A stretch of DNA of 64,000 bases from positions 1,217 through 65,216 of the IMG/VR virus record IMGVR_UViG_3300021602_000008, one strand, 5' to 3'. Position numbers and translations under genes: made by a program. Positions 29,701-44,700 of the stretch are shown here, piece after piece. Within the stretch, counting starts at the first letter, position 1, and each line of letters opens with the position of its first letter. Origin of the DNA: a virus (taxonomy: Duplodnaviria; Caudoviricetes). Under the pieces are notes generated by a model, which saw only the letters and a list, made by a program, of their open reading frames with translations, searched no databases and was not told the DNA's origin.

Positions 29701-32700
29701 TGAATTTAAGAGTCGATTTGATGACATACATTCCGCATTGGGAATTGCAAATAATATTGCAAATATGAAACCCGAGGCACGTACACAGGAACAGGTTAAA
29801 ACTGAGGCTTTTCTTTCATCTAATGTAGGAACCTCACAAGATCCAATATTGAAATCATTCGAATCAAGTATAAAGGATTTCAAGGAATCAAACCTTTCTA
29901 CAATACAGGACGCTCATTTAGTTGCAATAAAACTTGAAGAAGTGCAATCAAGGATTCTTGCAATGCTATTGAATAAAGAAGCATATTCAAAATTATCTGA
30001 TAGCACTTCTGGACTGAATGATGTTAATAGGGCTCCTGATTCATATTATGATGAGGAAAACAAGGATTCTGTAATTTCAAAATTGAATGATTATAAGAAT
30101 CAGTTGCTTGATATTGTACAGAAATCAAGTATAGCTTCCGAATCTGCACGTTTAGATAATGAAGCAAATGTGAAGATCGGTTTCATTAATAATGCTAATA
30201 GGGTTAATTCTCAAATCATTGAAAATCTTAAGAATTTTTATCCTGACAATGCGATTATTCTTGGTACACACAAAACTATTGATGAATTCAATAATCTTGT
30301 AAAACAGATTTCTGATATAAAGACTGCTGCTGGAACTAATGAGGATGGTACATCAAAAATCACATTTGAGGATACAAAGAAAGTTTACGATATACATGAT
30401 CGTTTGCTTGAATCCATTGCAAAAATGGAATCACAAATCCATATTGCATTCAAGACAATAAAAGGTTCTGCAGAAACAATACATACCGTTTTCTTCAAAG
30501 AAGGCATTGAGGGTAATTATTCATATGATCCAGGATTTGGTGGTCTTACCGATGTAAATTATATCCAATGGGAACCTGAAACATTTGACAAGACAGGAAC
30601 CCGACTTTTCCCATTGTATAATTCATCACAGGCTTATCATGAGGTAAGAACAGGTGAATCCAATTGTCTTCCTGCAGCAAAGGCGTACCTATACAAAACC
30701 GTTTCGGAACATCTTCATAGAATTATGAGGATTTCATCAAAGGAATTCCTTGATAATTACAAGAATTATATTGATCGAAATGTGAAATTGGATCCTAAGT
30801 ATATTGTTCCTTCATTCGAACAACGCCAGGCAATACATACGCTTGTTGCTTTCATGAATGACAGTAATAACTTATATGTAGATCATCCAAACAAGACTCA
30901 GTTTGTACGTGATCAAATCAATGTACTTGGTTATGCAGGTGCAGGAAAGACAACATTGGTTGTACCAAGTGCAATCCATGTATTCCGCGATATCCTTGAG
31001 TCACGTGAATCCAAATCAAGTGATTCATTGAAACTTGTTGGAACTGCACCATCAAATCCACAAATTACTAATCTTAGTGATGCATTCAAGTCAAGTGGAC
31101 TGAAAGACTCTTGCACATTTACAACGATTGATGATATTCTTAATGAGAAAGGAATTCTTTCAAAAGAAAAACCATCATTCTTGATTGTTGATGAAGCCAG
31201 TGAATTAAATGCAGAGGAATTGGCAAAAATGACTTCCATTGCACGTGATAATGGAATCAAGATAATCCATGTATGTGATCCATCACAACTTGGTGATATA
31301 AAGGATAGACTTGAGGAAAAGGAACGTAGTTCACAGATTCCCGATGTAATGTATAATCGTGAATCCACCACACCGATTGTCGATGTATTTAGAAGTGGTG
31401 TTTTTGACATTTCCAGGTTGCAACAACAATATCGTGATGTATCACTTTATGCAAATGGAAAGCAGGTTTCATTACTTCAAACACAATATACAGTTGATTC
31501 CGGTGGAAGAACAAGAAGTGGTGTTGTCCTACGTGGTTATGATTCAAAAACCATTTCGGAACAGATGGGTAAATTTGCTTCTGATCTAAAGACCGATGGT
31601 GTTATTCGTACAGGTACGGTTATGATTGTGGCAAATGACAGTGATAGGCTTTCTGTAATCGATGAACTATCAAAGAACCATGGAATTGATCGCAAGATTG
31701 CTGAAAATGCCGTAAAAACGATTATTCGTGGCGAATTCACTGCAAAAGGATTGTCGTTTCCACGTGTATATGTAAATATTGATAAGGAAAAATTAGGTCC
31801 AGATTATAACAAGGCCCAATTGACAGCAGTTTCACGTGCAAAGGAATTTGCAGATGTAGTAACTGATGTTCCAACAAATTCCCTTCCAGGATCACGTGAG
31901 GTTTCACAACTTATTGATGAGAATGCCGATTATATTAAGCTTGAGGATGAACGTAAGCAGAAATATGCACTTTCGGAACAATCACGCCTTTCATCAATGT
32001 CTGAAGCACTTAAGGGTATTGATGTTCCAAAATCTAATGTATCTGTAAAAAGTACTAAGGTTACAAGTAATAAAAAAACAGTTAGTCAGGATGATTTTGA
32101 AGTTGGGAAAAAATACAAGGCTTCAAATGGGGATATTGTTACGGTTGAATCATTGATCGCTAATGATGATGGATTTTTTCATGTGAAACTTTCTGGTTAT
32201 GACAAACCATTTTCCCCTTTAGGAATTCATAGTCTTGGATTGGTGAAGATAGTCAATGCAAGAAAGGGATCTATATTACGTACACGCGTTGACAAATGGG
32301 AAAACAAGAAAAATAATTTTAGTGTTGGTGGTTTGGTTCGTGATGAGAATAATGTAACTGTACGAATCTCCAGTATAGCTGTCGATGCTAAAGGGAATTA
32401 TTATTTTAAAATTTCCGGAAGTGACAAGGAGATAACAAAAACACAATTCCTAAAGAAATATAAATCATTCAAGGCTAACGACATTACAATCTTCAATACC
32501 CATTCCGATAATTCCGCAACGGAAGAAATGTTGTTTGCAACAAAGAGCATACAGAACCATAAGAATGGTCTATCAACATATTCCTCTGCCACAAATCCAT
32601 TTGGCAGAAAGAATATAATGGATAGTAACATGCAGGTTTTGCATGACCGTATAAAGATGTTGGTGCTCAATAAATCAGGTGCATTCAATGGGTATTCAAA

Positions 32701-35700
32701 ACTTATGCTTAAACGTACATATCATCAATCCATTGAATTAAATGGCAAAATGATGAATGATGTCGTTACTGTTTCACTTGATCTTGCAGATAATGCTATG
32801 CGTGATTATCTTGGGAAACAACTCAAGAATAATAATATCCCGGTTACTGATGAGAATCTAAGACGTTTCGCAATAATGGGAACCATGTTCATGCCCAATG
32901 ATAAGGCAAACCATGATTTCAATGGCGAATATAAGGCACCTGTCACAAAACTCATTGGAGAAACTGATGATCAATTTACCGATCGAGTAGCATATGAAAA
33001 ATATAAGTTTGACATTCGCAAGAAAGCATATCAATCAAATGAGAAGGTTGTAGATCTTGGTTATGTTGCAATGAAATCTGCAACACCTGGAAATGTCAAT
33101 TATAACAATGGATCCACAAATGGTAAAGTCGCATTCAGTAAAATGTCAGACTTATTGAAGGATCATGTTGCAACATCAAAGGGAGGAAAGATATATAAAT
33201 CAGGAAATGTATATTTCTATGAACCGATTTTTATTGATAATCCAGATAAGCTTGATTTTACTGTCAACTCTCCATCATTAAAAGGTAACGGGAAATTTGA
33301 ACCTGGCTATTACCTAATGTATTCACATGATGAGACCATGACAAATATTGGTATGGTAAAATTACGTTCACAGAATCTTTCAAATGCAGAATTGCAAAAG
33401 ACACAACAAATTCTCCGTGAGCGTTTTGACCTAAACAAGTCTAATGCTGAAGGAAGTCCTTCACAAGGTAAGTTTTGGGAGCCAATTAATAATTTTGTAA
33501 GTGGGAATAGATATGCATTCTTCAGTGCACCAAGTAAAGAAGGTGGTGAATGGAAAATAAATCCACTCTTTACTGAAGAAGGATTGAAGAAAGCTGCAGC
33601 GAAAACAATGTCTCCACAAGAAATTGCGGAAAAATATGATGGCATTGGTGATCTTGTTGCAATGAAGATAGATAAGAAAACCACTCCAGGAAAGGCTACT
33701 GCACGTTTTAATTTCAAATATTTTGATGGAAATTATGGTGGAAAAGTTACTGATCTTGATAATGTTTCAATCGAGAGAAAATCAAATGCACTTGCTGATG
33801 CAATAAAAATATATACTGAATCAAAACAAAATGTTGCATTGCGTGATTTCGCACTTATTGATCCAACAAATAGTCATATTGCAGAAAAGGATTTTAATAA
33901 ACTTGAGGCGAACATTGCTGGATTTAATATGCCTCAGATACTCACATCATCAGATAGTATAGCAAATGAGACTTCAAAGAATTCAAAAGTTGATATAACA
34001 AATGCACCTCCTGCTGATCCGGATGAGGCAAATGTGAGATTTGATTTCGAATCACATTCATCAACATCAAAGGAATTTGAAGAGCATATTGATTTTGTGC
34101 CATCGGAAACAAAAGATCAGAGACAGGCCGATTCAATTGAAAATGTATCCAATGAAACAACATCCAATTCCATTCCTGTTGAAAAGGAAGAGATTTCACG
34201 CAATAAACGTGCACAGGATTTTGGAAAATTGCTTGATATATTTGACAACAATCAATACAAGATAAATGAGATCTTGTTAAATATAGGTGGTGGTATAGTT
34301 GACCTTTCATCCTATTCACGAAAAATCTTTCCAAAAAGATACGAATGGAATGCTGCAGTGAATCGTTATTATGAACGCTTGACATTCCAGGATGGCACAT
34401 TAAAAAATAAGAAATACATTGTTGTTCGTGATGGTGCAGAGCAAACTGTTGGAATAGATGATTTGAGATACACAGATTCATCTTCTATTTCAAATGCGAA
34501 TACTTCACGTTCAATGCTAAGTGATTATATCGTTCATCAACTTTCAAAAGAGGAGAATTTCGAGAAATTTATAAAGAAGATTTTCCCGAAGGCAATTCTT
34601 TTTACTGATGCGGTTGCAAAGGAAATTCCAATGTCTGATTTTGCTCAACAATTGAAAGGTGCTGTAACGAATATCTTGTCTGATAAAGATGAATCAAGTT
34701 CACAGAGTTCAATCCAAATAGGAAATGACTTAAAGGCACCCTCATTTTCAGATCATGTACGACTGATTCTTGGAAGTATAAGGTTGAATAGTTATGATAT
34801 CAAGGATGATGGATCAAGGAAAATGAATACACGTGGAACAGCATTTATAAATGTTGGTTCTGCTGAAACATTATTGATAAATGCTTCGCGTATAGCACGT
34901 TCAAAAAATGTAGGGAATCCTGATCGTGATTCAATGCGTGAAATTGGCAAGGTGATAAAACAGATGGCTATTGCCGGAATGCCTGGAAACAGATTGACAA
35001 ATCTTGCATGGTCTGTTTATGATTCTATATTCAATGATTCTGAACATTTTGAAAACAAAGAATCTGCAACACTTGGATTGGCAACGGCTGACATGGTTCG
35101 TCCAGATGGTGACATATCATATACAATGTGGGCGAAATATCCTTCAATGGTACATGAGTTCCTTTCTGATGTTGATAATACAAAATTCGATCTTGATGAG
35201 CAAATCATTCCAAAATCGATTGATATGCACACTGTACTTTCGGCAATACATTATAATTATGATTCCATTGTACAGAAGAATGTTTCCGAAATAATACTGA
35301 ATCGTGATAATTCAGCTTATGTTCGTCAACGTCATGGAAATGATCTTGTGAAAATCAAGGAAGGCATTAAGACTGCATTTAGAAATGGGATGTTTGATTT
35401 TGTGGAAACGGAAAGCGGAAAAACAGGTGAGTTAAAACCTCAAAAGAAACAAATGCTTTTCGATACATTCAAGGTAACTTTCATGCCACCAAACGGCAAT
35501 AAGGCTGTTACTTCGATATTTACACAAGATGAGATTAATGAGGCATTGGCATTTGGTATTAAGATTGATCCTAAAAACATAACAAAACAGGGTATAATTG
35601 CAGGATACAGGAATACCGCAAGCGGATTATCACAATTGATGCCAGACGGTGAATTGATTCCATTAATATCTTATGATAAGAATGGTGCAAGGCTTAATCC

Positions 35701-38700
35701 ATCATTCAATGTGGATACTGCAAATTCATTATTGAAATTCCTAAATCTTGGATGGAAGCATATCTCACCAAAAACAATTGATGCATTCCTTCAGGAAAAG
35801 GATTCACATAATTCCATTAAAATGAATTCTGCAATTGAAGGTGTATTAAATACCAAGTTGTCAGATGGTGGTATAAACAGGAATAAGTTTGCTGAGATCA
35901 TCAAGACATGGATGGATCAACTTACTGATAAGAATATAAAGAAACAGCATATAAATTCAGTCATCTCAACGGATTCTGAAGAAGCAAATAGTTCATTTGT
36001 TGGTGATGGCATCAATGATGAATCTGAAACAATTGGAAGTGCAGATGTAAAACATTGGCTTCTTGATGATATTGCTGCCATACAATCATATTCACGTGCC
36101 TCAACAGGAAGTGAAAAAAGTATAACAATTGGCGGTGAGCGTATCTATCTTGAAACAAAGGGATCTGCATTCGATTATCAATTTGGTGGATTTACCGACA
36201 AGATATCTGCCGATGATGGAATCAAAAGTGAATTCTCATTCAAATTTGCTGCTGCACAGGATCCTGATGCTTCAGCTTACTATGCACCAGGTTATGACGA
36301 GGCTGGTAATAAAACAGGACGGTTCCTCAATCCTTTCCTTGATAAAAACAATAAGGATCTTGTATTGAAATCATATACCCGAATGGCATATCTTACAAAG
36401 GGATCTAAGACAATTCCTGTAAGCAAGATGCAGAACAAGGAATATCTCAATGCGATGATCAATGCTTTTTTCATTGATAACATTGTTCAATTTGAGCATT
36501 CAGGAAGTAAGAATGTTAAGTTGATTGATGGTGGTAGGAATTATCATTTACCTACATCGAATATGGCCGATACGCATACGCCAATCGTCATGAATTTCGA
36601 AACAAGTATTGAGCATGCACCATTAAGGATAACCGTAAAGGATGGAGAATATAACGCGTCTGTGAATTGGGATACCGTTTCACAAAATATAATTGATCTT
36701 TTTACTGTACGTGAACGTCATTCTACAAAGGCATTAGGTACAATGGAATCGATATTCCGTCAGAATATTGATCCTACAATTGCCAGATCATATGATGAAT
36801 TGGCGATGAAAAAGGAAAATAGGATATTTAATGAGCGTTCCGTATCACCGGAGTTTCTACAGAGAATGATTGATGACCATATAAATACTCCAGGTCATGC
36901 AAATGAATTCCTTTCTAAACTTAAAGAGGGTTATGCTGAAGTATATTCACATTACAAGTTTGTCCGTTCAAGCAAAGAGGGTGAAAATGACAGGATATTA
37001 TTGGGGAATGATGCCAATATGGAATTCACAAATATTAAAGGTGAACTTGTTGATGACGTATTCACGATGGAAAATCATCGTGAGATAGCGGAATTAGCAA
37101 AGATTGATGATATCAAAACACGCAATATGCTTGTTGAGATGAAGATGAAAAAAATCCTCTCAAAACGCATGAATGGTTTTGTTGATCATATGGTTTCAAC
37201 TGGAATTAAGGTAAATCCTGTTACTGAAAAATTCTTTCAAGGTGATAAATCAGGTCTTGGTTCAGTACGACCATTTAAGAAGGCACCAAAAGATTCAATG
37301 AAGATTGGATATGAAACCAATGATATTCATAATCCTAATGAACAGAAAAAGATGCTTTACATGAATCCATTTTATGAGGCATACTATCTTTCATGGCTTA
37401 CACATAATGCACATGTTTCTGAAATCACTGGAGGAAATCCATTTGCTCAATCAGGATGGGAAGAATTGGGAAAACGTAACTATTCCCTTTTAACACCAGG
37501 AAATCATCTTGATGTAACCAATCCAAATGGTATTGGACGTTATTCACAATATGCAATCATAGATGACAGTGTTGCAACGAATGATGTTGTACGTTTTCTT
37601 ACTGATACATCACCATCACAATCACGTGTTCAGAATACTGATGGTTGGCAATTGAAACTTTCTGCACATGCATGGCTTGAATACATAAGTTCAGGAAATG
37701 GAAATGGATCCATTACCAAGGAGAATATCAATGGATCACAAAAACATATCTATAATGATATTGATCTGCTTACTGGACAACGTAGGTTAATCAAATCATC
37801 TGCATTAATGACTGCTGCACAAAGAAAACATAGTTTATATATAAGGGATCTTGAGAAGAGAATGCTTGGTCCTGAATTGTATTCCAAGTTAGTTGAATTC
37901 AATTTTGATGATGAAAAACTTGCTCATTATATTATTGATAATAACTTACAGGAAACATATACTGCGGCACTTGTTCCAAAATCTTCATTCAAACTTGCGG
38001 GAGATTCGCCAATCAATTCTGTTGATGCAAATGGATTCCAAACATTCCGAACAGACAATAGCAAACACTTGATTATTCTTGATGCAAACAAGGATTATAA
38101 GGATGATTCATCAAAGATGCAACATCAATTGCTTAATACGATGTTTGATGGACCACAGAATAAGGAATTGGCTAATCGCGTTAAAACAGCACAGGCATCC
38201 ATTGTTGATTATCGACTCAATAAAATGATAGATAAAGTAAAGGATAAGTATGATGGAAATTGGGGTGCATATCTCAAAGATCTTGGAAAGGAATCTGCAC
38301 AAAATATGGGATTGCTTACCAATTTCGTTAATATCATTACTGATTCGGGATTCTCAATCCATTCCCCTGGAATTGCAGAAAGGATCCGTCCGTTGCTTAT
38401 ACAACAATTGAATGATATGATAAAACCTGAATTCAATACAGGTGGTTCTCATGTACAGGCTCCTGGAGATTTCATTGACATGATGGATGTGAATGAGAAT
38501 ATCCGTCCTGATAATGCATTATTTCTGAAGCAAGGACAGTCATTCACGAAGTTTGACTATGACAAGAACATAGAGATGTGGAAGAAGAATGGTGTTGATG
38601 AAAATTCCTTTACCCCTCGTACAGGATTGCATTATACCCGTCATTTCACAAAGGATGGAATAGATATAGAAAGTCTTGTTGCACAAGAGTCAAGAGACAA

Positions 38701-41700
38701 TCCAAATTGGAAGCCATCTGTTGAGGAACGTAATCATCTAATTTCGCAAATTCATTCATCAAAATCTGCAGAGGCAATAATTCAATTCAAGGATCCGAAA
38801 AAATTTGGATTTAGTCTTAAGAAGGAAAATCCACTTTATTACAAGAATTTTTCCGTAAACGATATCATGACAATACATCTTTCTGATGGAAGATTGATTC
38901 GTTATGATCATCTTGGTGATACTGTTGAGGAGCGAATGACAAATTTAAAATCATTAATTCCAGATATTGATTTTACCAATTCCGTTGGTGCAGGAATTGT
39001 TATGAAAGACTTGGTAAGTAAAGGCGAAATAAAACTTCCAACAGAAGCAACTGCAAGTGTTGAGTCTAATACAAATCAGATTGATCCGGAAAAATTATTC
39101 CCTGCAATTAAGGATTACTATGAGGGATTCCATAATTATCTTGACAACATCATGTCACGTATTCCTGCCTCATCATCAGGATCTGGAAATAAGTATCGTA
39201 CAGTTGATTTCTCGCATGAAACAACCAATATTGCATTTACTTCAAGCAAGAAGAATGTTATTGATGGTTCCGATTATGACATTGATGAATTGCATTCTAT
39301 TGGAAAGTTTGTTGGCAATATGGGAAAAAGTGACATCATCGGTGATGATGGAAAGGTGATTGATTCTGATAAAATGAACATGAATGTCATCGTAAATAGC
39401 ATGTTTGATTATTATGATAACACACTCAATGTAATTAATTATACAACACCTATCACTACAAATACCATACAGGATATCATCAGTAATCTTAAATTAGATG
39501 AACGTGGAAAGAATGAGGTTTCTAAATTTATAAATGATTTCACATCTAATTCAAAACAGTTCGCAAGTTATCAGGCAGGTGCCAATGTAACAGGTATTCT
39601 TGCAAGTGCAATCCGTACAACAATATATCTGAATAATGCATATGCTGATGTAAAAGGAAATCATTTCAAAATGGTTTTTCGTGGAAGTGTATTTGGTGGA
39701 AAAACCTTTACGAGATTTACCGATAAGGATGGAAATGCATTGCTTGATAATGGGCAATACAAGATTACATGGCTTGGACAATTATTACAGAGTGCTGTGG
39801 ATAATAACCAACTTGATCAACTTGGAAAAATCATGATCAATCCAAGCACATCAAATATGGTTACTGCATTATGTGCAGTTGGTGCCGATCCTGAGAATTC
39901 CATAAGAATGCTTACACATGGAACCACAAGAATGGTATTGAGAGACTTTATGGTTGGACAGGGGTTGGGTGATATGGCTCGAAACAAATACCATGTTGTT
40001 GAATCATGGAATGTCATGTTCAATTCTTATCAGGAACGCATGTCGGATATTCAAAATGATGCTGAATTGTCTGCTGAAGATAAAAACGCACAGATGATTG
40101 ATATCACCGAGGCATTCCGAAAGGCTGCATGGCTTGGCAATAGGTCGATTCCTGTTACTAAATTAAAGTCATATGTTACTGAGGAAGGATATGATGCATC
40201 AAAATCCAATGATGAAGATATATCCGATGAGACATTCACTTCTGATGATTCCATGTATTATGATGAGGATAAGAATTATGAGGGAGGATACGATGACACA
40301 GTTGATTCATTCAGTAATCGTGATGAAAAAGGTAATCTAATACACAAACAGGTTACAAATTATAATTTCTCAAAGGTTGATGATTGGATTGAGAAAAAGA
40401 AGAATGACATTGCAGATATCCATCAATTAATGGTGATGTCTGATGCAATGGGATCGCTTTCCCGGGCATTATCAATTGCAGGTTCAAAGGGAATTCGTTC
40501 TAATTCATTCGAATTATATCAATACATGAATGATCTTAATGAGACACGCGGAAAGAAACGTGATTTCCTTGAGTCAAGACCTACAAAACCAATGGTAAAT
40601 GGCATGGAATTGCCAACTGAAATCCATATGGGTTCAAAGGATATCCCTTCAGAAAAAGCTATCTATGATGATAATTTTGAGAAGATGCGTAAGTTTATTG
40701 ATTTCAATCGCGTATTGAATCATTCACAAAACATTACATCATATTTAAAACTTCTCGATTTCTCACAGGATGTACTTTCAAAATCAATTATCTATGAGAA
40801 TCCTATCATTAAACAGGGTGTATTGAATCGCTCACGATCAATGTTCAATCAGGATCGCATATGGACAAAGGAAAATTATAACAAGATTTTCGGTTCTGTG
40901 AATAATCTCTTGACAAACATGTATATCAATGAGAAATATTCTTCCGGTGCGTTTGATAAACGGAACATGTCATCACAGATTGATTCGAATGGCAAGTTGA
41001 TAGGTGAACTTTATATTTCCTCACCAATTGAACGCTCTTGTTTTCTTTCACAGATAACATCCTTAATGGATGATATCATTGCAAATCCTGAAAAATTCAA
41101 TAAGAATAATCCATCTGCAATTTCAGATAATATAGCCATACAGAATATGATGGTGAATACTGGAAAGAACATGGACAAGTATATCATCATGCATGATAGT
41201 ATGAATTATAGTGATTCCACAAAATCCATGATCACTGATGCATTCAAACGTCTTGATGATGCTGTTGGATTCAATCTTACTGAGCGTCTTGCAATGTATC
41301 AATTGATTAAAAACTCATTCATGTTCCATCAGGGAGATCTCACAGATTTCCTTCCAAATGAACACATGAAGGATTTTGACCAATGGCTTGCAAAAAAAGC
41401 AAACGTATTAAGTTCTGGACAAGGAAGTGAATTTGATGCTCTTTCAAAACAAATCAATGATCGTCTTGATAATATAGCCATACAATTTCAACCAAAGAAA
41501 CATCCATTGACAAAACCGATTCCTGGTTTTAAGGATACAAACTTTGGACATGATTATGTTGAAGATGCTGATGAAACAGGTTATGGTGGAAAGATATTTG
41601 CCAATTCACGTGAAAAGAATAATGGAAATGAATTATATAAGTTATCATCGGATTACCCTGATTTCATAGTAACTCATGTACATGATGCGGGCCAACATAA

Positions 41701-44700
41701 TGGTGATGGAGCAAGACGTATTTTGCAACTTAATCGCGAGACGATGGAGTACAAACCTGTCTATAACAAGTACAAGATTTACACGAATTCATGGGAATCA
41801 GATGCATTGACATCAATGCGTACACTTTCAGAATTGCCGAACCATTCAATTAATGAATTGCTTACAAATGCAAATCATGAGTTGCGTATAAAGGTCCCTA
41901 CTCGTTCTTATTATAAGAATGGGGAATATCAATTGAATGGTATTCTTGTCAATGTACAACGTGATGGAAAATCACACATATTTATTTCTGTACCATTAAA
42001 CAAGAGTGCAATTGATTTTGAATTGAGCAATCATGATATTGATTCCTATATTCCTGATTATGCAGATAAGACAACTGATGAGAAGATTTCACAGGATCAT
42101 ATTATAAAGCAAACCATTTATGATAATGCCACTACAAAGATGGAGGCATTGGAATCAATTGCACAGCATTCTATACGTGAACCATTTCGATTGCTTGCAC
42201 AGGCAATCAGTGAATCTGACTATGCAGGAAAACTTGAAAGTGGTAAATATGATCATGTTGACGGTTCACATCCATTACTTTCATCTGTAGGTAATGTTGC
42301 AAATTCAAGAACTGCAGAAACTCCTACAGAAATTAATAGAACAGTCGGTGGATATTATAATCCAGATTCAGACCATATTGTTATCAATAGTACAAAGGTA
42401 AATAGTGCACGTTCTTTTGAACGCGTATTCTTGCATGAGACTATTCATAATGTAATGCATGATGTATTCAGAAAGAGTAAATCTGAACTCAATGAAATGG
42501 AACTTGAGTTTGTGGATAAAGTGGATCAAATGCGTGCCAAAATGCAAACATATCTTGCAAAGAATAAACTCATGTATGAAGTTAATGGGATAAAATATGC
42601 ATTTGCTTCCCATAATGCATTCAAAAATTCCAAGGAATTCATGTCAGAAGCTTTTTCGAGTCCATTGATACAGGAACAGATGCTTCGTGTTGAATCATTG
42701 GAACCTAAGAAGACAGGTCGTATAAGCATATGGAATGATTTTGTTAATTCTGTAAAGGATTTCTTTTCCAATTCAATGGGATCAAAAGTCGAATATTCAA
42801 TCTTCGAGGAACTTGTACATACTAACAGAGATTTCATATTTGAAAAATCAAGAAATGCGGATTATCCATTTACATTTGATGGTGTTGGTGATGCGTTTTC
42901 GAAAAATGAAATTGAATTTTCTGTTGATGAACACAAGCAAGGTGATTATCATGAGCCTGTTGGAAAATTGGATAATGAGAAGGATCTTATTATTGCTATG
43001 TCTGGTGCAGATTTTTCTGATAGAAATGCTGACAAGATTGGTACAATGAAATCATTAAGCCAATTTGCAAGAAAACTTGATGATGGAAAGTTTGAGTATG
43101 TAACCACAAGTGGAAAGTCATACAAGATCAATAATCCAAGTGATACTTCAGAATTAGAAAAGATTGCAGAACGTATCATAAAAGATCGTGATGCATATGA
43201 ACCTATCATGCGTGAGAATGTTCTTGATTATATTGTGAAAAGATCTGATCGCATACTTGATCAGAATCTTGAACGTAATCGTGATGTAATTGACAGAAAT
43301 TTCAAGGTGTATCCGAATGATAGTGTTGTTTTATTTGATGATATAAAGAAAACAATTCCAACCATGTCTTTCTTTAGTTCAAATTTCAATCCGATCATTA
43401 CATCATCAATCAATGATGGTGTAAAATATATATCCATCCAGGACATTACGAATAAGAATCTCAACATGAAACTTGTTCATAGTAATACTGAACAGCATAT
43501 TGCTGATATTCTATTACGTAATGAAAAAGATGTAACCAACAATATGAATTTACGTCTTTCAAAGACAGAGGGTGGAATGCGTAAATTCAACGTCATTCTT
43601 TCTGCTATGTTGATGAAGGCACATGATCCATCAATCGTTTTCGACAATCTTTTTGTTGCAAAACTTGGTGGACAGGCTGAAGTTCATGGTGTGGAAATTT
43701 CAGATTACATTGATGAGATGAAAACGATTCTCACCAATAAGTCAGTTTATGATAATCTTCCTGTTGAGATCCGTAATGCAATTGATTCAAAAGGATTCTT
43801 TGATACTGAAACATATGGACAGAATTATGTAAAATCTCTGATTAACAGTTATACAGAAACCAAGGAAATGTATCATCAATTATATGAGATGGGTGAACAT
43901 GGTGCATATGGAAAAGAACAGGAATATTCAAAGTTTCTTGATAAGATTCATCCACAGACTGTAGGTAATGATCTGACTACACGTGACATTGAACGACTGA
44001 TAAAGGAACGCATTAATTTCATTACCGATAAGTTCAATGGTAATGAGCAATTGATGAACAATGACAAGAATTATGGTCCGGAAATGTCACATCTTTCAAA
44101 GGCATTGCGATATATTCAGACAGATGGATCTAAATTATCTGATGCAAAAATGGGTGTTGATCTATGGAACATTGATAAGATGTGGAAGATGAGTTACAAT
44201 GTCATGCATCCAATTATGCAATGGTATCGTAAGGAAGTTATGCAGGGTATCAATACTGCCTTAAATAATTTCATGAATAAGTTCCGTTCACAATTCACTA
44301 TTGAATTGGATAAATTCAATGAGTCATATTCTAAATCAGCAATGGATGTTCTTGTTGATCGCGGATACAAGCGTTTTGATAAACTTTTTATAAAAGGGCG
44401 TGCCGTATCAAAAGCGGGTGTTCATGATGTAAATACATACAATATCCATTATTCATATATTAATGAGAATGGTATTGATCAGACTCCACAGGTTACAAAA
44501 GATGCAATAGCAACTGGAAAGTTGAGTAAGAAGGAAGCTGAATTCGGTGGGTTCATAGTAAAGTCAATCAAGGACTCAATGATTAAGAGAATGATGAATA
44601 ATGGATTGGAACAACCTGCCGCACGTGAATGGTATAACAACAATTGGACTGACGGCCGTATGCCTGTAATGTCCCGTCGTGCAAGTGAGAAAATATTCAC

